IMG/VR virus record: IMGVR_UViG_3300045988_179268
Span: 32,001 to 96,000 of that record
From: a virus
DNA: 64,000 nt
Reading direction: 5' to 3' (one strand)
The translations under genes and the position numbers were made by a program. Positions 1-8,371 of this stretch are shown piece by piece. Position 1 is the first letter of the stretch; the number at the start of each line of letters is the position of its first letter. Under the pieces are notes generated by a model. It did not search any database, was not told the origin of the DNA, and worked only from the letters and a program-made list of their open reading frames with translations.

Positions 1-176
1 GGTAGCCCTGTTTAGTATTTGCGGGTGTTCCGCGTTCCTGACTTTGTTGGGGCGTGGGGCACCCGCTTTTTTATTGGGGTGCAGATAGTTTCTGCTATAT
101 CTCTTTCTGTAAGCTTTGTTATTTACATCACACTCGCGATTATTTGTTGGAGGGTGTGGGAAGAGAGTCTTTTTAT

Positions 177-2015
177 ATGGCGAATATTTCTAAGCGTAAG
201 GCAGGGGCTACCGCGTTGGCTGTGTCAATGCTGACTGGTACAGCGGTGGCTAATGCGGCTAATATTGTGCCGAAGAACCCGGTTCCTGCTGGTTCGTGTC
301 TTATGAGTCAGTATCAGCCGGGCTTAGGTTGCCCGGACTGGGCAGATGAGTTTGATGGGGCAGAGGTCAATAAGGATTTCTGGAGCGTTTACGACGGCTA
401 TTCTGAGGTGAATCAAGACCCTTATGGTAGGTACACGAAAGATGCCGTAACTGTTAAAGATGGTCAGCTTCATCTAACAACGAAAGTTGGGACTAACGGG
501 CAGAAGGGACAATCTGCCGAGATGAGCACCAACAACAAGGCGGCATTTGAAGACGGGTACTGGGAGTTTAAAGTATCCAGCTATTCAGGCTTTGGGCATG
601 TTGGTGGCTACTTGTATGGTAACGGCAATGTTGCTGGACCTCAGCAGGGAGAAATTGACGGCTACGAGGCGTTCGGTAGCACCAATAAGGACACTCGCAA
701 TGAGGCAGGTAAGAAGGAAAAGTTTGACCAGTCGAACAAGAACCAAAGCATTATCCACTACAGCCAGGGCGCTATTGACGCACAAACAGGTAAGAAAGTA
801 ACTCACGGTAAGGCTACTTGGCTCCCAAATAAGCCTGTCGGTGAACCTGTTGTTGTTGGCATTCTAAAGACTGCTGATGGCGTGAAGATTTTCCGCGACG
901 GTGTTTTAGTTCAGGAGATGAAATCCACTGACCCAAACTACGCTAAAACGTTCCCTGCCGGTCAGCCACTTAACACTACATTGACTGCACGAGTTTCAAA
1001 TGTCTATTGGGGCTTGCAGAGCAACCCCACAGGCGGGATTTCTTTTGATTATGTGCGACACTACCCACTAGTAACAGTATCCCCCACGCCGACCGCATCA
1101 CCATCGGCAACCGTTGAGGCTCCAAAGCCAGTAGCGACAATAGAACCGACTGTTGCGGCACCCACCCCTTCCGCAACAGCTGAACCCAAGCCTTCTACAG
1201 CGACTCCTAGCCCAGTAGAGACTACAGCTACCCCAATTACTTCTCCAACGCCCACACTTAGCGTTGAGCCCACTATGGAGCCTAAGCCAACAGAAAGTAC
1301 CGTAGCGCCTTCCGCAACGCCTACGATTGAAGCTGTAGCACCTACACCAACTACTGATGCACCTAAGCCGGTAGAGACTACAGCTGTTCCAGTACCGTCG
1401 TCTAAGGCAACCCCTACTGAGGATGCGTCTAAGCCTGCTGAGCCGACACCTTCGGCTACGGTAGCTTCGCCATCACCTATTGTGACAGTGACGCCCTCTT
1501 CCGAACCTAGTGTGATGCCTTCCGCGGAGGCTTCTTCTCCGACGGCATCTACCTCACCATCACCTAGTGCGAGTGAAAATGTGTCACCTTCTCCTACAAG
1601 CGGGACTGCTACGGCTGAGGTGACCACTCCAAGCACCCCCATTGCGTCCAGTAGTGAAAAGTCTGGTAATGATTTAGTGCCCGACCCCAGTGCGTCACCG
1701 TCCCAGCAGGCATCGCCTTCGCCTTCTACTGAAAGCCTTATTCCTTCTCCTGAGGGAGATGAAGCGTTAAAGAATAAGAGTGGCGACAGGGTTGTTGATT
1801 CCAGTAACCCCTCTAGCATTAAAGGAAGTGATGCTTTGTCTACATCGAATGATTCGACTGGTAAGCCTAAACAGCCTGTAGTTGCGAAGACTGGTCATGA
1901 TGCCAAATCTGGAGGCTGGGTGACGGCTGGTATCGCGGCAATTGTTGTCGGCGTTATTGCTGTTGCCGGGTGGTTCTTTTTGTTCAAGTCACATAACGAT
2001 AACGACGGTCAGTAA
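177..2015 (+). CDS. Secreted, wall-anchored GH16-like (concanavalin/LamG-fold) glycoside hydrolase with long Pro/Thr/Ser/Ala linker
   Basis: ORF 54..2015. Internal ATG at 177 is preceded by GGAGGGTG and followed by signal peptide MANISKRKAGATALAVSMLTGTAVANA. DEFDG...W and GEIDGYE (ExDxxE) GH16-type motifs. About 300 aa of PT-rich low complexity. C-terminal VAKTG + hydrophobic helix + charged tail (LAxTG-like sorting signal). Confidence 0.7.
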   Translation: MANISKRKAGATALAVSMLTGTAVANAANIVPKNPVPAGSCLMSQYQPGLGCPDWADEFDGAEVNKDFWSVYDGYSEVNQDPYGRYTKDAVTVKDGQLHLTTKVGTNGQKGQSAEMSTNNKAAFEDGYWEFKVSSYSGFGHVGGYLYGNGNVAGPQQGEIDGYEAFGSTNKDTRNEAGKKEKFDQSNKNQSIIHYSQGAIDAQTGKKVTHGKATWLPNKPVGEPVVVGILKTADGVKIFRDGVLVQEMKSTDPNYAKTFPAGQPLNTTLTARVSNVYWGLQSNPTGGISFDYVRHYPLVTVSPTPTASPSATVEAPKPVATIEPTVAAPTPSATAEPKPSTATPSPVETTATPITSPTPTLSVEPTMEPKPTESTVAPSATPTIEAVAPTPTTDAPKPVETTAVPVPSSKATPTEDASKPAEPTPSATVASPSPIVTVTPSSEPSVMPSAEASSPTASTSPSPSASENVSPSPTSGTATAEVTTPSTPIASSSEKSGNDLVPDPSASPSQQASPSPSTESLIPSPEGDEALKNKSGDRVVDSSNPSSIKGSDALSTSNDSTGKPKQPVVAKTGHDAKSGGWVTAGIAAIVVGVIAVAGWFFLFKSHNDNDGQ

Positions 2016-2037
2016 TAAGTAATTTAGTTTTTGTTTT

Positions 2038-2077
2038 GTAGGCGGCGCGAGAGTAATTATGTTCTCGCGCCGCCTAC
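2038..2077 (+). terminator. Hairpin downstream of the GH16-like gene
   Basis: 15-bp inverted repeat GTAGGCGGCGCGAGA / TCTCGCGCCGCCTAC with 10-nt loop; no clear T-tract. Confidence 0.5.
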
Positions 2078-2136
2078 AACTTTTACTGCAAGTAAGATAG
2101 AATTGTTTGTACGGTTTTTACGTTAAGGAGATTTAA

Positions 2137-3237
2137 TTGAATACCCAGAATCCCGTTATCCACATTGTTGCGCATATGAGCGAAGATAGGCGGCGTGTCG
2201 GATTCCTGCCTGTTGCAGGTGGTTCGCTCGATGCTTTGAGTGTCCCCGTTGTCCAGTCAGTTTTTACAGGTAAGTCCATTCCTGATGGTCAGCCTACCAT
2301 TATTGAGGTCATTGATGAGTTGCGTGGTTGCGGGTATGACCGTGCCGATTTTGTTCTTGTTGCTTGGGATGCTCAGCGCATTTTGAGTGAGACTAAACGC
2401 GCAATTCCTGCTTTAAGTGCATTGGTTGGTGGCAAAGTGGTTGAGATGGAGTCCCTAGCTTTGGCTTTTAGCGGGTTGCCGTCAGACTCGCCGTATCGCT
2501 TCGTTCGTCCTGATGGCGGGTTGGCGCTAGTTGATGCTGTTCAGGATGTCTATTCTTTATATAAAGATAACATTATGAACCTTGCCACTTCTTATGATGC
2601 TATGCGCATTAGCGAGCACATCGGAAGCGGGGACGATTCTGACGGTGAAACGTTGAGGTCGCCTGCGTTGCTAGGTATTGGCGGCAAGAAAACGGCTGGC
2701 AAGGACACATTTGCTGGTCTTCTCGGCGATAACTGGGTGGTTATTGGTATGTCTGACCCGTTGTATGAGGTGTTGCTTGAACTTAATCCAAAGATTACAT
2801 ATGAGGCGGATGGTGATGCCGCTAATGTTGTTTATCTTTCCAATTATCTGCATAGTGTATGTGGTGGTGATTGGACTTTGGCTAAGCGAAACTCGGATGT
2901 TCGAGAAATGTTACAGCGGCTAGGCACTAATGTTGTGCGAAATATGGTTGATGAGGATGCCTGGGTGGATATGATGTCTGTCCGTGTGTTGCAACTTCAT
3001 TCTGAGGGCAAGAATGTTGCTGTCACTGGCATTAGGTTCCCCAATGAGCTTGCCCGTATTAAGGATATGGGTGGCAGTTCCGTCTGGGTTGAGAATAATC
3101 GAATCGACTCACCTGATACGCATATTTCTGAGCTATCTCTAATGCCTCGGGATTTCGATTTCACTGTCTACAATAATGGGTCTTTAGATGATTTGAATCA
3201 TTCTGCGAAGCAGGTTGCAGATATGGTTTCCGGCTAG
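2137..3237 (+). CDS. Two-domain protein: unknown N-terminal ~180 aa fused to a phage-type deoxynucleoside monophosphate (dNMP) kinase
   Basis: TTG start after AAGGAG. P-loop LGIGGKKTAGKDTFAG and GIRFPNELARIK resemble phage dNMP kinases (GKxxxGKD ... RFxNE). Confidence 0.6.
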   Translation: MNTQNPVIHIVAHMSEDRRRVGFLPVAGGSLDALSVPVVQSVFTGKSIPDGQPTIIEVIDELRGCGYDRADFVLVAWDAQRILSETKRAIPALSALVGGKVVEMESLALAFSGLPSDSPYRFVRPDGGLALVDAVQDVYSLYKDNIMNLATSYDAMRISEHIGSGDDSDGETLRSPALLGIGGKKTAGKDTFAGLLGDNWVVIGMSDPLYEVLLELNPKITYEADGDAANVVYLSNYLHSVCGGDWTLAKRNSDVREMLQRLGTNVVRNMVDEDAWVDMMSVRVLQLHSEGKNVAVTGIRFPNELARIKDMGGSSVWVENNRIDSPDTHISELSLMPRDFDFTVYNNGSLDDLNHSAKQVADMVSG

Positions 3238-3369
3238 ATTTTATTCACAAGAGTAAATATTTACTAGCATTTTCTTTTTGAAACCTCGTGTATTTTGCAA
3301 CAAACTCAAGTTTTAGTGAATAAATATTCACAACGACTAGTTTGGTTGCCTATCAGATGAGGAGCTTTT

Positions 3370-4953
3370 TTGGCTATTGACACTAACCGATTACCAGATG
3401 AGGGGAAGCCCACCGACGGAGTGAAACGCGCGCCCGCGCCTTCGGTGGGCGACTTGAATAATCCTGCCAATGTTGCGGAGATGTACACCCATATTCGCGC
3501 ATCTCATGGTGAAAAGATTCGCCTAAGTGAGCAGATGCGTAAATCTAAGGTTATGAAGTCGCCGGACAGTATTGACGAAATCTTCTACACTGCGCCACCT
3601 AAACGCGCCTACCCACTGTCGCCTGACCACCCAATTTTTTTGCGCGGCGCTGAGCTAGGTATCGACGTGCTTTCTGACCGTCTTTACAAGATAGTTTTAT
3701 CCACATATACGAAGGGGCTTTATACAGAGGATGAAGTGGATTGTTTCACTACTGCCCCTAGTGGTAAGCCTCCCAAGTTGCTGTGGGACATTATTGATGA
3801 AGCCCGCATCCCTGAGTGGGCTAAATCTAGGTTCTTCTTCCCCTCAGGCAAGCGCCGCAAACGCGCCGCCGCCATGTTGCCGCTCCCCACAGTATCGCCG
3901 GAGGAATCACAGGAAGGTGTGCGCCCTGTTACTCCAGAGGAGGCTTACTTCGGGGCACCTGAGGAGAGGCTGGTTGAGGAGCTACTTCCTTGGGATACGT
4001 CTTCTTTCGATAGCAAACTTTTCATCCCTGGGCTACACGGTCAGCATAAGGTCATGAGGAACAGGTATAGAGGCTTAATTGACTCTGTAGACGCAACTAT
4101 TACATTGGGTAACATGTTGCGTCTTGCCCCATTCTTGCAGATGGGCGATAACTCTGGTGACGAGTATAAGAACGTTTCGCCTGTGATTGAAAATGCGGTG
4201 CTTATGAATGAGGTGTGGGCGCGAGGCAGATTGTCGGCTGTGCCTTTCGTGAATCTCATTGGGGCTAATGAGATGCTTTACCTGAATCTGCCAAAGTCTC
4301 AGGCGGATAATTATTTGAAAGACACGGCTGAGGGTGTCAATTTTGTTCGTGAGGGTTGGCTAACCGATGAAAAGCGTAATCCGGCGGCTTTCAGATATTA
4401 TGTTGCAGTGGAAGCCGACGGCAGGTTGATTACTCATGCTGGGCTTTCCTATGGCGAGTGGGTAAATATTGGTCGCCCACAGACGGCGCGGCAAGCCGCA
4501 TACGCGCTCAACATGAAGTATCTAGGGACTTTGTACCAGGGAGAATGTCTGCGTCTCGGCAATGGGGTTAATTTTGCCGCAAACCCTATTATGGCTCATT
4601 CCATTGCAGAAGTGTATAGTTCGTGGATGTCCACGCCAGAACGTTGCCCGTTCCCTCAACTTCATGGGTCTATTTCCTTGCGTGACGCTACAGGACACGA
4701 AGTCTTGAGTACGTATCTTCATCCGATGTATTATGCGGAAAAGATGCGTTATCATCGTTGGGGTACCAGTATTACGTTAAATGGAACGCCGTTCTATGCT
4801 GTAGAGGGTCCCCGCAAGTCTCTGATTAAGCTTGACGATTATCAGAGGGGGTTCGGCGCTTATGTTCAAAGCACTCATAAGAAGCACGCTCAAGCTATCT
4901 ATCATCCCAATGTTCCGACACTGGTTAGTGCTGACGGAATGACGATTCTTTAA
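3370..4953 (+). CDS. Hypothetical protein (527 aa)
   Basis: Long ORF, TTG start 7 nt after GATGAGGAG. Only weak resemblance (LITHAGLSYGEW) to one metallophosphatase motif; no full motif set. Confidence 0.55.
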   Translation: MAIDTNRLPDEGKPTDGVKRAPAPSVGDLNNPANVAEMYTHIRASHGEKIRLSEQMRKSKVMKSPDSIDEIFYTAPPKRAYPLSPDHPIFLRGAELGIDVLSDRLYKIVLSTYTKGLYTEDEVDCFTTAPSGKPPKLLWDIIDEARIPEWAKSRFFFPSGKRRKRAAAMLPLPTVSPEESQEGVRPVTPEEAYFGAPEERLVEELLPWDTSSFDSKLFIPGLHGQHKVMRNRYRGLIDSVDATITLGNMLRLAPFLQMGDNSGDEYKNVSPVIENAVLMNEVWARGRLSAVPFVNLIGANEMLYLNLPKSQADNYLKDTAEGVNFVREGWLTDEKRNPAAFRYYVAVEADGRLITHAGLSYGEWVNIGRPQTARQAAYALNMKYLGTLYQGECLRLGNGVNFAANPIMAHSIAEVYSSWMSTPERCPFPQLHGSISLRDATGHEVLSTYLHPMYYAEKMRYHRWGTSITLNGTPFYAVEGPRKSLIKLDDYQRGFGAYVQSTHKKHAQAIYHPNVPTLVSADGMTIL

Positions 4954-5055
4954 ACTCTCTGCTATATATGTTATGCGAAAAACGCAAGCATCTGGCAAGA
5001 TGTCAGGTGTCCAAATCGAGTTTTGCGCATATGTGTGTATTGTGAATTGCCTAAA

Positions 5056-5097
5056 GGGGCGTTCAGACCATTGTTAGGTATATGGTCTGAACGCCCC
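5056..5097. terminator. Bidirectional hairpin between convergent genes
   Basis: Perfect 16-bp inverted repeat GGGGCGTTCAGACCAT / ATGGTCTGAACGCCCC, 10-nt loop. Confidence 0.7.
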
Positions 5098-5122
5098 TTC
5101 CGGTTCGTATAACAGGATTTTG

Positions 5123-5956
5123 TTATGCTACTGGTTCTGCTACCACCACATGATTATCAGTGTAAGTCCAGGTGCCATTTTTATAGGTTCCGTGGCACGT
5201 CGCCATGATAAGTTTGCGGGAGCCGTTCTTATCGGTCACGTCCCACCATTTGCTCAAATCGACCTGTGGGACTTTAGGCTCAATACGGGTTACTTTCCAT
5301 GTAGTCATAATTCCGTTCTCGTCCGTGGTGTAGACTGTATTTCCGCGTTCGCAGGCGACAATGGCACTCATGGGGGCGGGGACACCATTTGCCCAGTTTA
5401 CGTGACCCACTAGCAATGTCGTCCCTTTGTTGCTGGTCAGTGGCGCTGAGTCGGTGTAAACGCCGATTCTGTATGTTACAGGGATATTGATTTCTGTCCT
5501 GCCCGTTGTGGGGTTGTCAGTCCCTCCCGTGTATTGGAGTCCAGCGTTAAACCCTACATCTGGGATTCGGATAGTCATAGGGTTGATATTGTTCCAGTCT
5601 AGGTTTTTAGGTTGCTGACCCAATCCGGGGGTTGTATCCTCGGGCATATGGTCGATGCTATCAATATCGCCGCTTGTCTCTGCATGGTAATTTGGGGAGG
5701 CGGTGGTGGCAGTAGTATCGGTAGTAGGTTGTGATGGGGTTGGGGTAATTGAGGCGTTCCCGCTGTTTGACTGCTGAATTTCTGCAATTTGCGAAGCGCT
5801 GGGTGCATTGAATGATTCTGCTTGACGATTCACGTTCTCACGGTTTACTGAGTCAAAGTAGTATCCTGCACCGCCACCTAATGCGCTTGCGGCGGCAACT
5901 ACACCAACACCCTTCAATACATCGCGGCGGCTAGTCTTTTTCTGATTATCGGTCAT
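5123..5956 (-). CDS. Class-F-like sortase (transpeptidase) with Tat-like signal/anchor
   Basis: N-terminal SRRDVLKGVGVVAAASALGG. Sortase catalytic context LLVGHVNW (His) and LIMATCHG (Cys). Thr/Pro-rich linker. Confidence 0.65.
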   Translation of the reverse strand: MTDNQKKTSRRDVLKGVGVVAAASALGGGAGYYFDSVNRENVNRQAESFNAPSASQIAEIQQSNSGNASITPTPSQPTTDTTATTASPNYHAETSGDIDSIDHMPEDTTPGLGQQPKNLDWNNINPMTIRIPDVGFNAGLQYTGGTDNPTTGRTEINIPVTYRIGVYTDSAPLTSNKGTTLLVGHVNWANGVPAPMSAIVACERGNTVYTTDENGIMTTWKVTRIEPKVPQVDLSKWWDVTDKNGSRKLIMATCHGTYKNGTWTYTDNHVVVAEPVA

Positions 5957-6076
5957 GAGTTTCAGGCTTTCCAGGCATCATTTTATGCCTATAAAGATGA
6001 TATAATTATTCACACCATTATAGCTCACGGTACGGTTTTTAAAATCATTTTTCTTTAGAAATTGGAGAGATACGTT

Positions 6077-6697
6077 ATGCCCAAAGAAGACAAGAAGTCC
6101 ACACATTACAACCTGCCCCGCCCAGGTTACGGTAGTGTTTATGGTGGTGCCTCCACTGCCGAAGAGATTGTAAGTTCACTAGAGGCAAGAGAGGAGAATA
6201 ACACCACCTTATCCGTCGAGGAGCTTGAGGCGGAACTTGATGAGCGTGACTTGCATAGTTTAGCTGTTCTGTCTTTGATGATTGTCGAAAGAATGAAGGA
6301 ACTGCGTGCCGCTTTGCTTCGAGAGATGGACGCTAAACGCAAGTATGCGGCGGCAGTGTACGCTTACGATAATGCTTTTACTCTGGCTTGCCGTGAAGTG
6401 AGGTCGGGTGGTCATCTAGAGGATTCAGGTGAAGAAGGCGCTAAAGGTAGGCGTTTAACTGAGACTGAGGTAAAGGAGTACGCCACGCTCATGTGTAAGG
6501 GCTATGCGGTGGATAAGGTCATGGCATCAGATGCGTTGCAGACAGCTTCTACTGAGGTGAATATTATTCGTGGCGAAGTTAGTGCTATCAATAGCCTGAC
6601 TAATAATGAGCGCACCCTGCTAAACACTACGGATGCTGTTTATAAGAACGCGCGGTCAGCACTAAATGCTGACGCACGCAAGAAGAATCACGCCTAA
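6077..6697 (+). CDS. Hypothetical coiled-coil protein
   Basis: ORF 6062..6697. ATG at 6077 lies 7 nt after GGAGAG. Charged heptad-like sequence. Confidence 0.5.
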   Translation: MPKEDKKSTHYNLPRPGYGSVYGGASTAEEIVSSLEAREENNTTLSVEELEAELDERDLHSLAVLSLMIVERMKELRAALLREMDAKRKYAAAVYAYDNAFTLACREVRSGGHLEDSGEEGAKGRRLTETEVKEYATLMCKGYAVDKVMASDALQTASTEVNIIRGEVSAINSLTNNERTLLNTTDAVYKNARSALNADARKKNHA

Positions 6698-6719
6698 TTT
6701 CAAGGATGCTAACTAACTG

Positions 6720-7406
6720 ATGTCGCTCAGCAAGTCTCACATGAATAATGCGGATAGGATGGCTTCTATCCGTTCGTCAGCTGTTTCTGCGCCGCCGCCA
6801 CCAGATACGGAGCATGTTAAGCCACAAGGTAAGACTAGAAGGTTCCCGAGGCTTGTAACGGGTCTATTTGTCGGCATGTTAGTGGTGGCGGGTGCTGGGT
6901 ATGGTGCTTATAAAAGCGGCGTAACACCTGATACGCTCATAAGTAAAGTTTCGCCTACAGTCACCCAGTATCGTGTTGCGGGTGATTCAATGTTGCCCAC
7001 CTTTCAGGACGGGCAGATTCTTCTTTTTGAGAACCCACAGTCGGAACCTATTAATCGTGGCGATATTGTCGTCGCAGAAATGCCTGCCGTATGGCAATAT
7101 GCCAGCGCTACGCAGGGTGTCGTGGTGAAGAGGGTCGCCGCCGCTGAGGGAGACACGGTTTCTGTTATCGCGGGCGCTGTTCATGTAAATGGCGAACAAA
7201 TCACCCCTGTTCAGCCTACTTGCCAAGCAGATGAATATCAGCGTGTCCTTGGTGCTGGTGAGCTTTTTGTACTAGGCGACAATCGTTCCAATTCCCTAGA
7301 CTCTCTTAGTGTTCTCTGTACAGGTAAGGTTGAGGCAGATGCAGATGTACTTGTTCACACTTCCGCCGTTAAAGCCCACGGGAAAACTCCTGTTGTGAAA
7401 GGTTAG
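6720..7406 (+). CDS. lepB: Signal peptidase I (S26 family)
   Basis: TM anchor, GDSMLPTF (Ser box), VVKRVAAAEGDTV (Lys box), VLGDNRSNSLDS (box E). Exact start uncertain. Confidence 0.8.
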   Translation: MSLSKSHMNNADRMASIRSSAVSAPPPPDTEHVKPQGKTRRFPRLVTGLFVGMLVVAGAGYGAYKSGVTPDTLISKVSPTVTQYRVAGDSMLPTFQDGQILLFENPQSEPINRGDIVVAEMPAVWQYASATQGVVVKRVAAAEGDTVSVIAGAVHVNGEQITPVQPTCQADEYQRVLGAGELFVLGDNRSNSLDSLSVLCTGKVEADADVLVHTSAVKAHGKTPVVKG

Positions 7407-7417
7407 GTGACGTTCAA

Positions 7418-8329
7418 ATGAGTAAGGAATTTCAGCGAGTCACCCTCATTGCTGAGCCACATGATTTATTCCGCGACTACCTTACCCGCAAAGCATGTAA
7501 AGAGCTTATGGACTCCAGTGGTGGCGATTTGGTGCGTGCTGGATTGGTGCAAGAAGCTACAGCCGTAGATTTGTTTGGTGGGGTACATGTATATCTCGTG
7601 GAATGCCCCTCAAAGGCAGACGTGGAGATAGCAGTTAAGACCCTTGCTAATTGTAGCGGCGAACCTTGGGGAGGTCTTGTAATCTCAACTGGCGCGCCTA
7701 TGAACTCACTCAGAGGTTTATTGAAGAAAGCCGAAGAGATGAATGTTTCTGTGCTTAAGCCCAAGTCCTCTAAGAATCGTGTACGCAAGGAACTTGAAGA
7801 GACAGGTTTATCTCGTCCTATCGTTAATTTCATGGTTGAACATGCGGGGGAGGATTTAAATCATGTCGTTCCGTTGCTTGATTTCATCTCAACGTTACCT
7901 TTTGATGACAGGAAAAGGCTTACCCTCCAGGAGGTAGACCACTGCATCCCAATTGAGCCAGGGACTCGCGCCCCTTGGGATATTTTAGACGCTTTAGTAA
8001 GGCGTGATGTGGCTAAGGTGATTAGTTCTATTGACCGTGCGGGCGGAGGTTCAACTTTTCCGCTGGCTGTCCTTAAGACAAAACTTTCAGACACTCTAAA
8101 AGTTGCGTCTTACCTGGAATTTAAACCTAAAGCATCTTTGGATGATGTCGTGAAGGCGTTCGATGGTAGCAAATGGAGTTTGAAAGAGCCTTATGCTTTG
8201 GCGCGCAGGGCAGGCTTTCAGGGTATAATGGAGATAGCCAATAGCCTCAGTGCATTCTTAAGGAACCCTAACAGAAACTACTCTGTTGATGAGTTTAAAG
8301 ATTTTTGCCTGGGCTTATGTTTTAAATAA
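7418..8329 (+). CDS. holA: DNA polymerase III delta (HolA)-like clamp-loader subunit
   Basis: Delta-like layout: DLFGGVHVYLV, VRKELEETGLSRPIVNFMVEHAGEDLNHVVPLLDFISTL, LTLQEVDHCIP...PWDILDALVRRD. Confidence 0.5.
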   Translation: MSKEFQRVTLIAEPHDLFRDYLTRKACKELMDSSGGDLVRAGLVQEATAVDLFGGVHVYLVECPSKADVEIAVKTLANCSGEPWGGLVISTGAPMNSLRGLLKKAEEMNVSVLKPKSSKNRVRKELEETGLSRPIVNFMVEHAGEDLNHVVPLLDFISTLPFDDRKRLTLQEVDHCIPIEPGTRAPWDILDALVRRDVAKVISSIDRAGGGSTFPLAVLKTKLSDTLKVASYLEFKPKASLDDVVKAFDGSKWSLKEPYALARRAGFQGIMEIANSLSAFLRNPNRNYSVDEFKDFCLGLCFK

Positions 8330-8371
8330 CGTTTATTCCCATGAGAGATAGATTGCGAGGATTGCACATAT

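Noticed and set aside
1061-1819. 252-aa minus-strand ORF inside the GH16-like gene. Similar cases are 31075..31647, 39672..40148, 51781..52218 and 47317..47862.
   Set aside because: These are shadow ORFs opposite Pro/Thr/Ala-rich or strongly skewed coding regions, where stop codons are depleted on the antisense strand. They carry no motifs.
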